IMG/VR virus record: IMGVR_UViG_3300013132_000065
Location: 1-53,252 of that record
DNA length: 53,252 nucleotides
Direction: 5' to 3' (one strand)
DNA from: a virus
Lineage: Duplodnaviria; Caudoviricetes
Shown: one piece after another, positions 35,430-46,828 of the stretch
Layout: each line of letters begins with the position of its first letter
Position numbering within the stretch: the stretch's first letter is position 1
The notes under the pieces: generated by a model
The model's database searches: none
What the model was told of the DNA's origin: nothing
What the model saw: only the letters and a program-made list of their open reading frames with translations
Position numbers and translations under genes: made by a program

Positions 35430-37678
35430 TGGCAAATCGTTATACACAATCACCTAAGCCAGAACAATCGCCAGTAAAACTAGATAAGCTTTTACTTGAT
35501 ATTATGCGAGACGAGTTTCCTGACGATCTATTATATCAAAATGGTCAACTTACACCTCAGCCTAACGAAGAATTACTACAACAAATAATTTTACCAGAAT
35601 ATACGCCAGCAAGTCGTAACAATAAAAAAGTATTAACTGTCACATCAAAACGCACTGAACATGCTAATTATGTATTAACTAAGTCCGTACCCGGCGTAGA
35701 TGATGAAACGTTAGATGATTTATTAGATGAGGAATGGAATTATTTTACTGACACTCCAGGCACTGCAACGGATAGAGAATCAAATATATTTTTAATCCAT
35801 CCTCGGCAAGCACTCAAACCATTAGACTATCATGATGCCTATTTAACTAAAGGCCCTCAGTTATTAGGCTCTACTGATACGGTTGATGATATTTTTTGTG
35901 TCTATTTTATACGCAATGGCGTCGCATATCCAATACCTAATTACAAAACGCTTGAAGTCATGTTAGTTGAGCGCGGATTGACATATAATAACATTCAAGT
36001 TGCATCGGATACTCAATTACGAGAATTTGATTTAGTTATGGATGGTAATACTGATATTGTTAATATCCGCGTAACACCTGATGCAGAGTTTGAGGCTCGT
36101 AGCTTAGCAAATCGTAGTAGTGAGTGGGATTATCAAATACGGTATGAAAGTGGATATAGACCACGTGAGCCATTTAAACGAGATCCGGGAGATTATTTTA
36201 ATCCTATCCTACGTACGTATTTTGATACTGCCTTTCGTGGCCAAAGCCTTAGAGAATCATTACGAGAGCGGTTTGAAGGATCAATGGTTGTTTTGAGCTG
36301 GCCAATCGGTGTTACATCAACGACTGAGTTTGACAATGCCGTTGTACGTAATGATAATTCACAATTAAATGATCTAGTGAATAGTGTTCGTATAATGACT
36401 AATGGCTATTGGAAGCAAGTTACTGACGGCCCGGTATTTCGTGCATATGCATATCGAAACAATTTTGATGTATCCGGATATCGCGATCCGTCCGGCCGGT
36501 ATGGTCAGCAAGGGTATATTAATTTACTAGTTGAAAATGGCGGGATTACTGTATTAGCTGCGGAGAATATAACAAATGATTTGCAGGGCGATGACGTAGC
36601 ATGGAATGCATTTCCGCATATTGCAGAAATCGATCGTATGGATGCTACTGAATACGAGCAGTATATTGATTTGTATAGTGGAACCCCATTCGCGAATGAA
36701 TATTTAAGACCTTATGAGCCAGCTGGCAGTGTTAAATACTATGATAAAAATTTATTATCTAATTTAGCAGAACAGGCTTCACAGCAATCACAATTAGATA
36801 ATGTTCTAGATGTTATAAACGATAAATACGAAGATTTAGCTGCATTAGCATCGGATATTTCAACACTAATTGATAGTAATAACTTGAAATGTTCAGATCG
36901 GTTGTCACTCACATTAAATGATTTATTCCAAGTGCCGGTGTCTACAGATCGTTGGTTATTTGTTAAGCGTAAATCAAATGACCTTAAGGTTAAAACAACT
37001 GAGAATAGTTTATTTCGTTTAATAGAAAAAACTCAAAAAATTACAGCTAATTTATCACGTGATGATGAAAATCTCATTGCCGGCAAATGGTCATGTGTGC
37101 CAATTGATAATTCTGATCTCGATGGTAATTTTATAAACTTTAATAAGTTTGAATTGCCGCGCGATCGTAACGGCCGCGATAGAGTAGCAATGAAAGACGA
37201 CAATTATCTAATTGATAGTGTTATAACTGCATTTTCGCATATCGAGGTAAATGAAAGATATGACGGGCGCGATAAATTTGTAACCGAGGCTGAACGACTA
37301 GATGAGACACGTTATAACGCATCTCGCCAGCTGGCAACTGTTATTAAAACATTCGAACAGATTCAGGAACGTTTACGTACTAGTACTACATTAGAACAAT
37401 TTCAGTCAATCTTAAATGACTTAAATGAAGTTGAAAAGGCATGTAATATTGCACAGGAGGTGGTAGATGAAATTGACGACTTTAATTCTAATTTAGACCG
37501 TGTTGCAAAAAAATATGTAGCTAATATGTATAATTCAATACAAACATTACGTAAATTAGTTTATGAACGTAGTGGTTCTGGAAGTAAATACGGAATATTA
37601 TGGCCGGCTAGTGCTATAACAATTATGACAAAATATTTGCCCGGTAAAATTTACAATAACTATCAGCCCGAGGTATAA
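35429..37678 (+). CDS. large hypothetical protein, probably structural
   Basis: 749 aa, translationally coupled within the baseplate operon. Confidence 0.6.
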   Translation: MANRYTQSPKPEQSPVKLDKLLLDIMRDEFPDDLLYQNGQLTPQPNEELLQQIILPEYTPASRNNKKVLTVTSKRTEHANYVLTKSVPGVDDETLDDLLDEEWNYFTDTPGTATDRESNIFLIHPRQALKPLDYHDAYLTKGPQLLGSTDTVDDIFCVYFIRNGVAYPIPNYKTLEVMLVERGLTYNNIQVASDTQLREFDLVMDGNTDIVNIRVTPDAEFEARSLANRSSEWDYQIRYESGYRPREPFKRDPGDYFNPILRTYFDTAFRGQSLRESLRERFEGSMVVLSWPIGVTSTTEFDNAVVRNDNSQLNDLVNSVRIMTNGYWKQVTDGPVFRAYAYRNNFDVSGYRDPSGRYGQQGYINLLVENGGITVLAAENITNDLQGDDVAWNAFPHIAEIDRMDATEYEQYIDLYSGTPFANEYLRPYEPAGSVKYYDKNLLSNLAEQASQQSQLDNVLDVINDKYEDLAALASDISTLIDSNNLKCSDRLSLTLNDLFQVPVSTDRWLFVKRKSNDLKVKTTENSLFRLIEKTQKITANLSRDDENLIAGKWSCVPIDNSDLDGNFINFNKFELPRDRNGRDRVAMKDDNYLIDSVITAFSHIEVNERYDGRDKFVTEAERLDETRYNASRQLATVIKTFEQIQERLRTSTTLEQFQSILNDLNEVEKACNIAQEVVDEIDDFNSNLDRVAKKYVANMYNSIQTLRKLVYERSGSGSKYGILWPASAITIMTKYLPGKIYNNYQPEV

Positions 37679-37680
37679 CA

Positions 37681-40600
37681 ATGAGTTTAGATAGATTTTC
37701 AAACCGAGAAGAAATTTTACGTAATGATGGCGTGACTACAGGCATTTCATGGAAATTAAGTGATGTAGATTTACTACAACTAGATTTAAAAAATGTAACT
37801 TTGTCTGAAACAGCTGATGTTGAACTTCATGCATATGTACGAGATTTAGGCGATTATGTTGTCGGCGGAATCATTGACGAGTTTGGTTTTGAACAAAATA
37901 CCATATGGATTGACCATGCAAATGCCATGGCAAAATTTGGCATTACGCGCGGCGAATTTGAAATTGTTATCAATGTACATAAACCAGTATTAGGAAATGC
38001 TAGTGAGCCAATTGTATTTATTAAAGAAATATCGCCGGATCGTAGAGAACTACATTTAAAATTAATTCCGACAGATGATATTTCATTAGATGGTGTTGTT
38101 GACAATTACCTTAAGGAATACGGTGCACCTGATGCTTTTGCGTTAGCATTAAATTTCGGTGAAAATAGAATTTATAAAATCATCAATCAGCGTGACTGGC
38201 GCGAATCGGATGATGTCGTAGTTCGTTTATATACACCACTACCTGACAATATAGATGTAAATGACACTGCATGGATTGTTGAAGAACTTATTGATCCATT
38301 TGTTGATAACATCTTTTTATATGAAGAGCCGCCGGCACCGACAACATACACATTACGTGGTGCAAACTTTGACGCAGATTCGCAGTATAATACAGTTACT
38401 GAGACAGAGTTTAAATCATGGAATACATTACTAGCTAGTAATCTAACAACATCTCAGCAAGTTGTTGATAAATACTTTTCTGGTTCATTATCTGGAATTC
38501 AACTAGGTATTGATTATTCAGGCTTTGATAATTTTGTATTTTATTCTTCCGCTAAAGAACGTTTAGATAATTTTATTTATAAATTAGAATTAATTGAACA
38601 TTACAGTTCTAGTATTAGTACACTGCAAAATGCATCTGGCACAGATTCTAATTCACTAATCAATAATATTTCTATCAATCGCGATCGTATGAATTCAGTG
38701 ATTGGCGGATTTGATGCTTGGGAGCGTTGGCTGTATTACGAACCCACTAGTAGTTTATCTACACATGGAATATCAGGATCATACATAGGTGCTCAAGGAT
38801 ATACTGTAACGCCATGGCCTAAGTATCTAAATAACGGCTCTTATAAAAACCATACATCAGATAGTACAATTGGCACGAATTGGTATACAACATTAACATC
38901 ATATGCTGAGTTATATGACCAACAAAACGATTCTGCGCTAGTAAAAACAATCCCGGAACATATTAGAACTGATGCAAATAATAGTGAGTATGAGTTATTT
39001 GTTAATATGATCGGGCATCATTTTGATATTTTATACACATATATAAATGCCTTAACAAAAACATATAAGCCGGAAGAACAGCCGAAGCTCGGTGTTAGTA
39101 AAGAAATATTATATAATGTTGCTGAATCACTAGGCTGGAAATTAGCGAATGGTAAGCAGGCATCATCGTTATGGCAGTATGCATTAGGTACTAATGCATC
39201 GGGCTCATATGCTAGTACCGGGTCTTTATTTTCTAAAACAGATGAGGAAATAACTACGGAGGTTTGGCGCCGTATTGTAAATAATTTACCTTATTTACTA
39301 AAAACAAAAGGCACAGAACGTTCTATTAAAGCCTTAATGAATACATACGGCATTCCACAGACGTTACTGTCAATTCGCGAGTATGGCGGGCCGACAGTTA
39401 GTGATGATGCCCCGATATTGATTGAAGATAAATTTAATTATGCATTACACTTAGATGGTAATTCATATGTACGATATGACACTGATTACTATCGTAGAGA
39501 TTTATTTAATCATATTCAAGGAACTGTTCCAATTCCCACTGATAAAGTAGTTCCGTTTTCTCGCGAGATACGATTCAAGCCGGCTACAAAAACAACTATG
39601 CAGCTACTAAACACAGTATCGCGAATAACTGTTACTGAAACATATGCTAGTAGTATTATATTGCAGCATACAGCTTCATATTCCGGAAGTAGTGAATACG
39701 GCCGGATTGTTTATTCGCATGCGCAGCATCCATATGGTTTATTTGTTGTATCAGGTAGTACTCCATGGTTACCATTATATAATGGAGAATTTTGGAACTT
39801 GCATTGGTACTGGTCTGGCAGTGCAAATGTATATAACAATAATAACTCTACCTTATTTAATGGTAAAATTAAAATCGATATATACCAAAAATCTAATATT
39901 CGTAATACTATTATTAGAACCGGTAGTTTGCAAGTCGGGCCATTTTTAGATATTTCTGCTAATTATGTATATCCGCATTTAGGATGGGGCACATCTTTCG
40001 ATGACAGCTACCTTTTCACTGGATCGATATATATAGGAGGCATAACAGGGAAATCAGATACATATAATGTATTTAACAGCATTGACACAACACTGCTAAA
40101 ACAATCCAATGGCTATATACCGTCTAAATTTAATGGATACATACAAGAATATCGCGAGTGGATGGAGCGATTAGATGATAATACCCTTAGACAGCATACG
40201 CTCAATCCAACATCATACATAGGCAGTTTATCAGCTACATCATCATATACTACATTAGTACGTCATTATCCATTTGGCACCGACCTTAAAGCGGTGAATT
40301 TATCTGTTAATGGCACTATTATTTCATCATCGCATCCAAACCAAACTATTAAAGATTTTTCTAATCCGTCAGGTGATGCATTTAATTCGAACGCACGTGC
40401 ATATGGATTTTCTACACCAGTAAATGCGGAGCGTGGTAATTTTGAGCCCGTAGAAGAACGATATTATATTAAATCAATCTCTGCCGGCGCGAATACGCCT
40501 AGATCTCAAAAAATTAGACTCGAAGACAATTATTTAGTTCGAGCACTATCCCCTACAAATACTGGGGAACGCTCAACATTTGATTATGCTCCGGTTGATA

Positions 40601-41649
40601 CTAATAGATTAGGGCTATTTTATTCACATGCTGATCAAGTTAATAAAGATATATTCAATCAATTTGCCGGACTTTCGTTAGACGATTACCTAGGTAATCC
40701 GGAAGATGAGTTTGAATCTATCTACCCTGAGCTAAACTTTATATCTAAAGAGTATTGGAAAAAGTTTTCAGATCGTAACGATATTAATGCTTATATACGA
40801 GTATTTAGTCAGTTTGATTTTACGTTATTTAATCAAATCAAGCAGTTATTGCCTGAACGTATTGATGATGTAATGGGCTTAATAGTCGAACCCAATGCAC
40901 TGGAACGTGCAAAGGTTCAAATAACAAAGCGTCCGGAATTATCAACACCGCAGTATGATATTTTACTAGAATCACCAGTACCTGACGCATCGGGTGAGTA
41001 TATTTTATACACAGCTAGTATTTCACCTTCGCCGGTATTGTCAGAAACAGTTACATTATATCATGTCAATGATAACGGTTATGCAGATACCGGTAATTAC
41101 CTCATGGATATCGATAGAGGAATTGACTTTGTATTACCATCGACATATAAGCACATATATACTGTATTTCCATATCAACAAGACCCCGTCTCAGCTGCTA
41201 GTATGGGTTTGCCGTTTGAAATTACCGGGTCTGAACATCCGTTAATTACCTCACCGTTAGGTAGTGTAATTGACTCATATCGTACTAGTAACGTATACAA
41301 ATTGGTAATATATCATTATTCGAGCAGTGTTGCCGGCAACAAATATATACGTGACAAGTATACAGCTGTTAGTAGATCACTAGGCTTGTATTATTCTAGA
41401 AGTTTAGATGTTGCTAACTACTATGATGATGTATATGAAAACAGCGAAAATATACGGTTCAGTGGCACACGTATTACATGCCCGGGTATAAATCAAAATT
41501 CTACTATATCAGCTATAGGGTTTAAACCAGTAATTGAAGTTTATGAAACAAATGCTAATCAATTAATATTTAATCAAACGCCAGTTCCTGATCCACGTGG
41601 CACTTCAACATCGCCTAGAATTGCTCCCGGAAACATAATAGTTAGATAA
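37681..41649 (+). CDS. large baseplate wedge/tail protein (gp7-like)
   Basis: IKEISPDRRE, NMIGHHFD, NNLPYLLKTKGTERSIKALMNTYGIP; 1322 aa. Confidence 0.65.
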   Translation: MSLDRFSNREEILRNDGVTTGISWKLSDVDLLQLDLKNVTLSETADVELHAYVRDLGDYVVGGIIDEFGFEQNTIWIDHANAMAKFGITRGEFEIVINVHKPVLGNASEPIVFIKEISPDRRELHLKLIPTDDISLDGVVDNYLKEYGAPDAFALALNFGENRIYKIINQRDWRESDDVVVRLYTPLPDNIDVNDTAWIVEELIDPFVDNIFLYEEPPAPTTYTLRGANFDADSQYNTVTETEFKSWNTLLASNLTTSQQVVDKYFSGSLSGIQLGIDYSGFDNFVFYSSAKERLDNFIYKLELIEHYSSSISTLQNASGTDSNSLINNISINRDRMNSVIGGFDAWERWLYYEPTSSLSTHGISGSYIGAQGYTVTPWPKYLNNGSYKNHTSDSTIGTNWYTTLTSYAELYDQQNDSALVKTIPEHIRTDANNSEYELFVNMIGHHFDILYTYINALTKTYKPEEQPKLGVSKEILYNVAESLGWKLANGKQASSLWQYALGTNASGSYASTGSLFSKTDEEITTEVWRRIVNNLPYLLKTKGTERSIKALMNTYGIPQTLLSIREYGGPTVSDDAPILIEDKFNYALHLDGNSYVRYDTDYYRRDLFNHIQGTVPIPTDKVVPFSREIRFKPATKTTMQLLNTVSRITVTETYASSIILQHTASYSGSSEYGRIVYSHAQHPYGLFVVSGSTPWLPLYNGEFWNLHWYWSGSANVYNNNNSTLFNGKIKIDIYQKSNIRNTIIRTGSLQVGPFLDISANYVYPHLGWGTSFDDSYLFTGSIYIGGITGKSDTYNVFNSIDTTLLKQSNGYIPSKFNGYIQEYREWMERLDDNTLRQHTLNPTSYIGSLSATSSYTTLVRHYPFGTDLKAVNLSVNGTIISSSHPNQTIKDFSNPSGDAFNSNARAYGFSTPVNAERGNFEPVEERYYIKSISAGANTPRSQKIRLEDNYLVRALSPTNTGERSTFDYAPVDTNRLGLFYSHADQVNKDIFNQFAGLSLDDYLGNPEDEFESIYPELNFISKEYWKKFSDRNDINAYIRVFSQFDFTLFNQIKQLLPERIDDVMGLIVEPNALERAKVQITKRPELSTPQYDILLESPVPDASGEYILYTASISPSPVLSETVTLYHVNDNGYADTGNYLMDIDRGIDFVLPSTYKHIYTVFPYQQDPVSAASMGLPFEITGSEHPLITSPLGSVIDSYRTSNVYKLVIYHYSSSVAGNKYIRDKYTAVSRSLGLYYSRSLDVANYYDDVYENSENIRFSGTRITCPGINQNSTISAIGFKPVIEVYETNANQLIFNQTPVPDPRGTSTSPRIAPGNIIVR

Positions 41650-41688
41650 TTATTACCTACATATATTTATTAAAAAGATGGGAAAAAC

Positions 41689-42360
41689 ATGGGATATTTA
41701 AACAATAGTACTATAACAATCGATGCGATTCTAACAAAAAAAGGACGTGAATTGTTAGCCCGCGGTAGAGATGAATTTAAGATTACTCAATTTGCATTAG
41801 CAGATGATGAAGTGGATTATGATCTATACAATCCAGATCATCCTCTAGGAACTGCATACTATGGAGCTGCGATTGAAAATATGCCTATTGTAGAAGCGTT
41901 GCCGGATGAAACACAGATGTTAAAGTATAAACTCGTTACCTTGCCTAAAGGTACAGCAAATATACCAGTCGTGAGTATCGGCCAATCTGCAGTTTCGTTA
42001 GAAAATAATCAATCATATGTAATACGACCACAGACCGTAAACTTCCAAGGCGGTAATCGTACATTTGGCTATACTGCAATTTTATCAGATTCTGATGCGG
42101 GTACGTTATCAGCGACTGTAGCAGCTCCTAATGTTAATGCCGCAGCCTCTGCACCTCAATTTATCGGTGACTCGGAAGCTGCACAAAGTATCACAGTAAC
42201 AGGTCTAGAGTTTGAGTTTGTAGCAAAACCGCAATTATTATCATCTAAAACAGCAACAATACTTATCATTGGAAATGAAACAGGTGGACGTGCTACATTA
42301 AACGTCACAGTTAACCGTGTACAAGTAGCAACGGTTGCTCCAACATCGGCTACAAGATAA
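41689..42360 (+). CDS. tail/baseplate structural protein
   Basis: DAILTKKGRELLA, ITQFALADDEVDY; ATATTTAT at 41663. Confidence 0.65.
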   Translation: MGYLNNSTITIDAILTKKGRELLARGRDEFKITQFALADDEVDYDLYNPDHPLGTAYYGAAIENMPIVEALPDETQMLKYKLVTLPKGTANIPVVSIGQSAVSLENNQSYVIRPQTVNFQGGNRTFGYTAILSDSDAGTLSATVAAPNVNAAASAPQFIGDSEAAQSITVTGLEFEFVAKPQLLSSKTATILIIGNETGGRATLNVTVNRVQVATVAPTSATR

Positions 42361-42374
42361 AAGGATAGAAATCT

Positions 42375-43601
42375 ATGGCAATTAATAATCGTTCAGTAGC
42401 ACCAGTCTCGAGGTTTGCTACAAGTCCGGCTAATTCGAACAATGTAAACGCTCGGGTAAATGATCTAGCTAGACAATTAGCAAATGACATTTTAAGTGAA
42501 AGAGAGCAAGCTGCACTACGATCGAGAAATGGTCGTATATTTACGCCTTTCGCGGTTCCCGATGATGTATTATCAAATCAAGTTGAAACGGTAACTAAAG
42601 GATTATTTTCTGATAATGCCGGCAGTATGACATCGTTTTTTACTAGTTCTACTGCAACGACAACGCAACGGTCATATTTTTATGAATTATATGATAAGAG
42701 ATTAAGTACAAATCCAACTGCCACTCCTATGCTGTCAATTGCATACGGACATTATTATGGGTCTGGGTCTGTCGATCTTACAGGCAATTTAAATAATGAT
42801 ACGCCGGCACGTGCTATTTACAAACAATATGCACAATTATTATTACCACCGAATGACCGTAAATTTACATTTAATGGTGTTGATAGTGATTATATTTATG
42901 TATTAAATTTTAATAGAGCACGATTCCGCGAAAAGTTAGATCCAGGTAATTTTGAAATTACATTAGCTCAAATGAATGGCCCGGGCTCGCCGGCGACTAC
43001 AGGTACCGGATATCGACAAATTATTGATGATTCATCTATTTCATCTGCAACCGAAGGTGAAGCAGGTCAAATATATAATTTAATATCTGGTTCTATTGAC
43101 GGTGGTACGAAAATATTTAATCGGTCTAGTCCTACATATTTCGGATTATTTTATCCACAACATGGTATAGCTATTTTAAACGGTGTACAAGTAAATAAAC
43201 CATTAGCTAATGGTGGGTTAAATTTTGGTACAGCTACCGGCAGCCAGGTTGAGGGTAACAATCGTCAACGGCTGTATTTATCATTATCAGCGTCAGATGC
43301 TCGTACACCGGCTGCTATTAATGGCGGAATACAGGGTAGATCTGCAGAACAAGTTAAATCTACATATTATTTCGTACGCGTTAAAAATGCTGAGTACAAT
43401 TACTCGAATAATCCTACATTTGCTTCTGGTTCATTAGGACAATTAGCATATAGTTCATTTGTCAATGATCCACGTACGTATATTACAACAGTAGGATTAT
43501 ATAACGATCGTCGCGAGTTGTTGGCGGTAGCTAAACTAAGTCAACCACTACTTAAATCATTTACTAGAGAAGCATTAATTAAAGTTAAATTAGACTTTTA
43601 A
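42375..43601 (+). CDS. tail/baseplate structural protein
   Basis: C-terminal YITTVGLYNDRRELLAVAKLSQP...VKLDF. Confidence 0.65.
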   Translation: MAINNRSVAPVSRFATSPANSNNVNARVNDLARQLANDILSEREQAALRSRNGRIFTPFAVPDDVLSNQVETVTKGLFSDNAGSMTSFFTSSTATTTQRSYFYELYDKRLSTNPTATPMLSIAYGHYYGSGSVDLTGNLNNDTPARAIYKQYAQLLLPPNDRKFTFNGVDSDYIYVLNFNRARFREKLDPGNFEITLAQMNGPGSPATTGTGYRQIIDDSSISSATEGEAGQIYNLISGSIDGGTKIFNRSSPTYFGLFYPQHGIAILNGVQVNKPLANGGLNFGTATGSQVEGNNRQRLYLSLSASDARTPAAINGGIQGRSAEQVKSTYYFVRVKNAEYNYSNNPTFASGSLGQLAYSSFVNDPRTYITTVGLYNDRRELLAVAKLSQPLLKSFTREALIKVKLDF

Positions 43602-43611
43602 TTGAGATGTC

Positions 43612-45351
43612 ATGCCAGCAACGCCTACAGTCTTTCATGGCATTAGATCAAATGATTTTCAACGCCGGCCGTTTCGAGCGTATAAACGATATCGTTTAAC
43701 GAATACGACTTATTCAGGATCCGGTGCTGCTTTTCAACAAGCGTTATACACATCAAATAGAATTGATTTATTTGATACAACTGTAACGTATCCGACGAAT
43801 TCATATGATGATTCAAATCAGCATGTAATCTGGAAATGGATAGATCATCGATATTACAGACATCCGTATGATCCCGCTAAATCATTTGAATTAACCAATC
43901 GCGATAAAAATATAAAGCGTTTAGATATATCAGCATCGGTTATTACATTACCTTATTTAAACGTGGGCGAACGTATTAAACCCGGTTCTATATCAATATC
44001 TGCTACCCCTGTTAATACAGCAATAACATTAGCTGATGACTATCAAGGCAACTTACGTGATCCATTAATTAGGACAGCTTCGTTTGCAAATGACAAACGT
44101 AATGTTTTTTATTTATCATTCAACGATAAATTTAGAAAATTTCCGTACGGCTTGGGTGTTTATGATACTAGTAGCATTCAATATATATTAAATAAACAAG
44201 AACGTAGCGATGCTACAATACAGAATGTTGAGTTAATTAACGGTATTACCGCAAAAAATTCATCTAAAACTATCGGACGCGCTGGTAAATTTACAACAAA
44301 TGCATTTATACGTATACCACATGATGATATTTTTAATAGATTTCAGGCATGTGATGAATGGACAATATCATTTTGGTATAAAACTGAAGCTGAAAATGAT
44401 GCACAAGCTACGTTAATTAGTAAGATCGGTGAGGTTACAGAACGTAAGTTAATTACATCGAATGGACAAAATGTAGTACGTGATGTTATTAAGCCTATAG
44501 CTAGTTTACCAGCTATACATAACGGTAATTGGTCTTCATATAGAATGCCATTTTATTTAGGTGTACGCCAGTCGGGAGCGGGTGAATATGTTTATTTTAG
44601 ATCAAGTAACGGATCGCGTGATATTGTAGTTAGTTCTAGTTTACTAACTTCGGAGACATGGCGACATGTCGCGGTTAGAAATTCTGGCTCTATGTGTAGG
44701 TTATATTTAAACGGTGTTGCTAGTAGTAATTCGAGTTCATTACCAAATTTAACATCTAACATGTCTAACGTTTTAATAGGAAAGGGGTCTACGTTAGTCA
44801 ATAACAGTGTCGATATTAGTATGAGCGAAATTAGATTCTATGATTATGCCGCGAGTGCTACGGAGATTACTTCATTAGCTAACAATCATTTTTTATCAGC
44901 ATCATGTTTACAGACCAATGTCGTAGGTAATGCATTTTATCGTAACGGTCAAATTATAGTATCATCGCCATTACCAAGATATAATTCCGGTTCGGGCTTT
45001 TTTGGAAAAACGTGGTCGCTTTCATATCAAGGGCAACATACAATATATGAAAATGAAGTGTTAGTACGTATACCCGCAGATCAATTAAATGTATCAACGA
45101 ATCCATCTGCTACATATCAGCCAGCGACTGTATTAAATAGTGCATGTGATACAGGCGATTCACCTAACAATAAGTTAACTCCGGGCGAGTTACGTAAGCC
45201 CATGTTCCTCGATGGTACAGCTAAACCGTATATTACAACGATCGGTTTATATAATGATACGGGTGAATTGCTAGTAGTTGGTAAATTAGCGACACCAGTG
45301 CAAAAGCGAGATGATATTGATATGAGTATTGTCGTACGCTGGGATTACTAA
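43612..45351 (+). CDS. structural protein with LamG/concanavalin A-like domain
   Basis: WTISFWYK, WRHVAV, LYLNG, SEIRFYDYA; C-terminal YITTIGLYND..ELLVVGKL..P...VRWDY. Confidence 0.75.
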   Translation: MPATPTVFHGIRSNDFQRRPFRAYKRYRLTNTTYSGSGAAFQQALYTSNRIDLFDTTVTYPTNSYDDSNQHVIWKWIDHRYYRHPYDPAKSFELTNRDKNIKRLDISASVITLPYLNVGERIKPGSISISATPVNTAITLADDYQGNLRDPLIRTASFANDKRNVFYLSFNDKFRKFPYGLGVYDTSSIQYILNKQERSDATIQNVELINGITAKNSSKTIGRAGKFTTNAFIRIPHDDIFNRFQACDEWTISFWYKTEAENDAQATLISKIGEVTERKLITSNGQNVVRDVIKPIASLPAIHNGNWSSYRMPFYLGVRQSGAGEYVYFRSSNGSRDIVVSSSLLTSETWRHVAVRNSGSMCRLYLNGVASSNSSSLPNLTSNMSNVLIGKGSTLVNNSVDISMSEIRFYDYAASATEITSLANNHFLSASCLQTNVVGNAFYRNGQIIVSSPLPRYNSGSGFFGKTWSLSYQGQHTIYENEVLVRIPADQLNVSTNPSATYQPATVLNSACDTGDSPNNKLTPGELRKPMFLDGTAKPYITTIGLYNDTGELLVVGKLATPVQKRDDIDMSIVVRWDY

Positions 45352-45374
45352 AAATAGTTACAGGGAAATGAGTT

Positions 45375-45782
45375 ATGGCATGGAAATCAAAATCTAAAAT
45401 ACGACGCAATGCAATTAAACATGGATATAGATCCGGGTTTGAATTAAAAGTTGCTGAACAGTTAAATGAAGAATCTATACAATTCGGATATGAAGATACG
45501 GTTATAAATTATATTAAACCTGAAACAAGACATAAGTATACGATTGACTTTAGTCTACCTAACGGCATTTTAGTTGAAACTAAAGGTAGGTGGACACTCG
45601 AGGACCGTAAAAAACATTTGCTAGTAAAAGCTCAACACCCGGAATTAGATATACGCATAGTATTTCAGAGCGCATCTACTAAAATATCTAAAGGCTCAAA
45701 GACTACATACGCGGACTTTTGTATAAAACATAATATCATATGGGCAGAAAAAAAAGTACCGGAAAGTTGGTATAACTCTTGA
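45375..45782 (+). CDS. T7 gp3-type endonuclease I (Holliday junction resolvase)
   Basis: YRSGFE, YTIDF, ETKGRW, DRKKHLLVKAQHPELDIRIVF, KGSKTTYADFC. Confidence 0.92.
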   Translation: MAWKSKSKIRRNAIKHGYRSGFELKVAEQLNEESIQFGYEDTVINYIKPETRHKYTIDFSLPNGILVETKGRWTLEDRKKHLLVKAQHPELDIRIVFQSASTKISKGSKTTYADFCIKHNIIWAEKKVPESWYNS

Positions 45783-45901
45783 CCTTATGAGATTTTGTTA
45801 ATAAATTCGTTATTAATTAATTTTCATTTAAATATGAAACATGTTTGAATGAAACATTGATGTTTGTAAATGATCAATGCTATTAAATATTAATACAAAA
45901 C

Positions 45902-46828
45902 ATGAGCGTGCAGTCTGTCATTACATTGTTAAATTCTGTTTTAGGTAGTGGCAAGCACACTTCGGAGGATGATATTGCATATCACTGTCCTTTTTGTAGT
46001 CATCATAAACGTAAGTTAGAGATTAATATACGATCGCAACATTGGCACTGTTGGGTTTGTAATACGTCCGGACGTAAGTTAGGTATTTTATTTCGCAAAC
46101 TAAATGTATCGCGCGATAAAATTGCAAAATTAACAACATTACTAGATGATGTTCAGCCTAGACCTTCGAAGACTAGTACCGATACGCCGATTGTTAGTTT
46201 ACCTAATGAATTTAAGCCATTGTGGGTAATCAACCAAGTATCACCTGAATTTCGTAACGCCGTTGCATATCTAAAGTCACGTGGTATCACAATATATGAT
46301 ATTCTTAAATATAGAATAGGATACTGCGAAGATGGTATGTATAGTGGTAAAATTATCATACCTAGTTACGATGCTAGCGGTAATTTAAATTATTTTGTAT
46401 CACGTGCATACTATGCAAACGATCGGATCAAACATAAAAATCCTGCTATATCAAAAGATATTGTCGGCTTTGAGCTGCATATAAACTGGCATATGCCGAT
46501 TGTGCTAGTCGAAGGAGCATTTGATGCAATTGCTGTTAAGCGTAATGCCATACCGCTGTTTGGTAAAACTATTTCAAATGCATTGAAGCGTCGTATTATA
46601 GAAAAGGGTGTCCGAGACATTTATATATGTTTAGATGATGATGCTAAAAAACAGTCGATTGAGGCAGCTGAATATTTTATTGCTAACGGGGTCAATGTAT
46701 ACGTTGTAGATATTTCAGGTAAAGATCCATCTGAATTAGGGTTTGCTCGTATTACACAATTAATTAATAGTGCATGTCAATTATCTGCACATAGACTAAT
46801 GGAAGAAAAAATCTTATGCGCACTATAA
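45902..46828 (+). CDS. DnaG-type DNA primase
   Basis: Zn finger CPFC...HCWVC; TOPRIM LVEGAFD, CLDDDA, KDPSE. Confidence 0.9.
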   Translation: MSVQSVITLLNSVLGSGKHTSEDDIAYHCPFCSHHKRKLEINIRSQHWHCWVCNTSGRKLGILFRKLNVSRDKIAKLTTLLDDVQPRPSKTSTDTPIVSLPNEFKPLWVINQVSPEFRNAVAYLKSRGITIYDILKYRIGYCEDGMYSGKIIIPSYDASGNLNYFVSRAYYANDRIKHKNPAISKDIVGFELHINWHMPIVLVEGAFDAIAVKRNAIPLFGKTISNALKRRIIEKGVRDIYICLDDDAKKQSIEAAEYFIANGVNVYVVDISGKDPSELGFARITQLINSACQLSAHRLMEEKILCAL

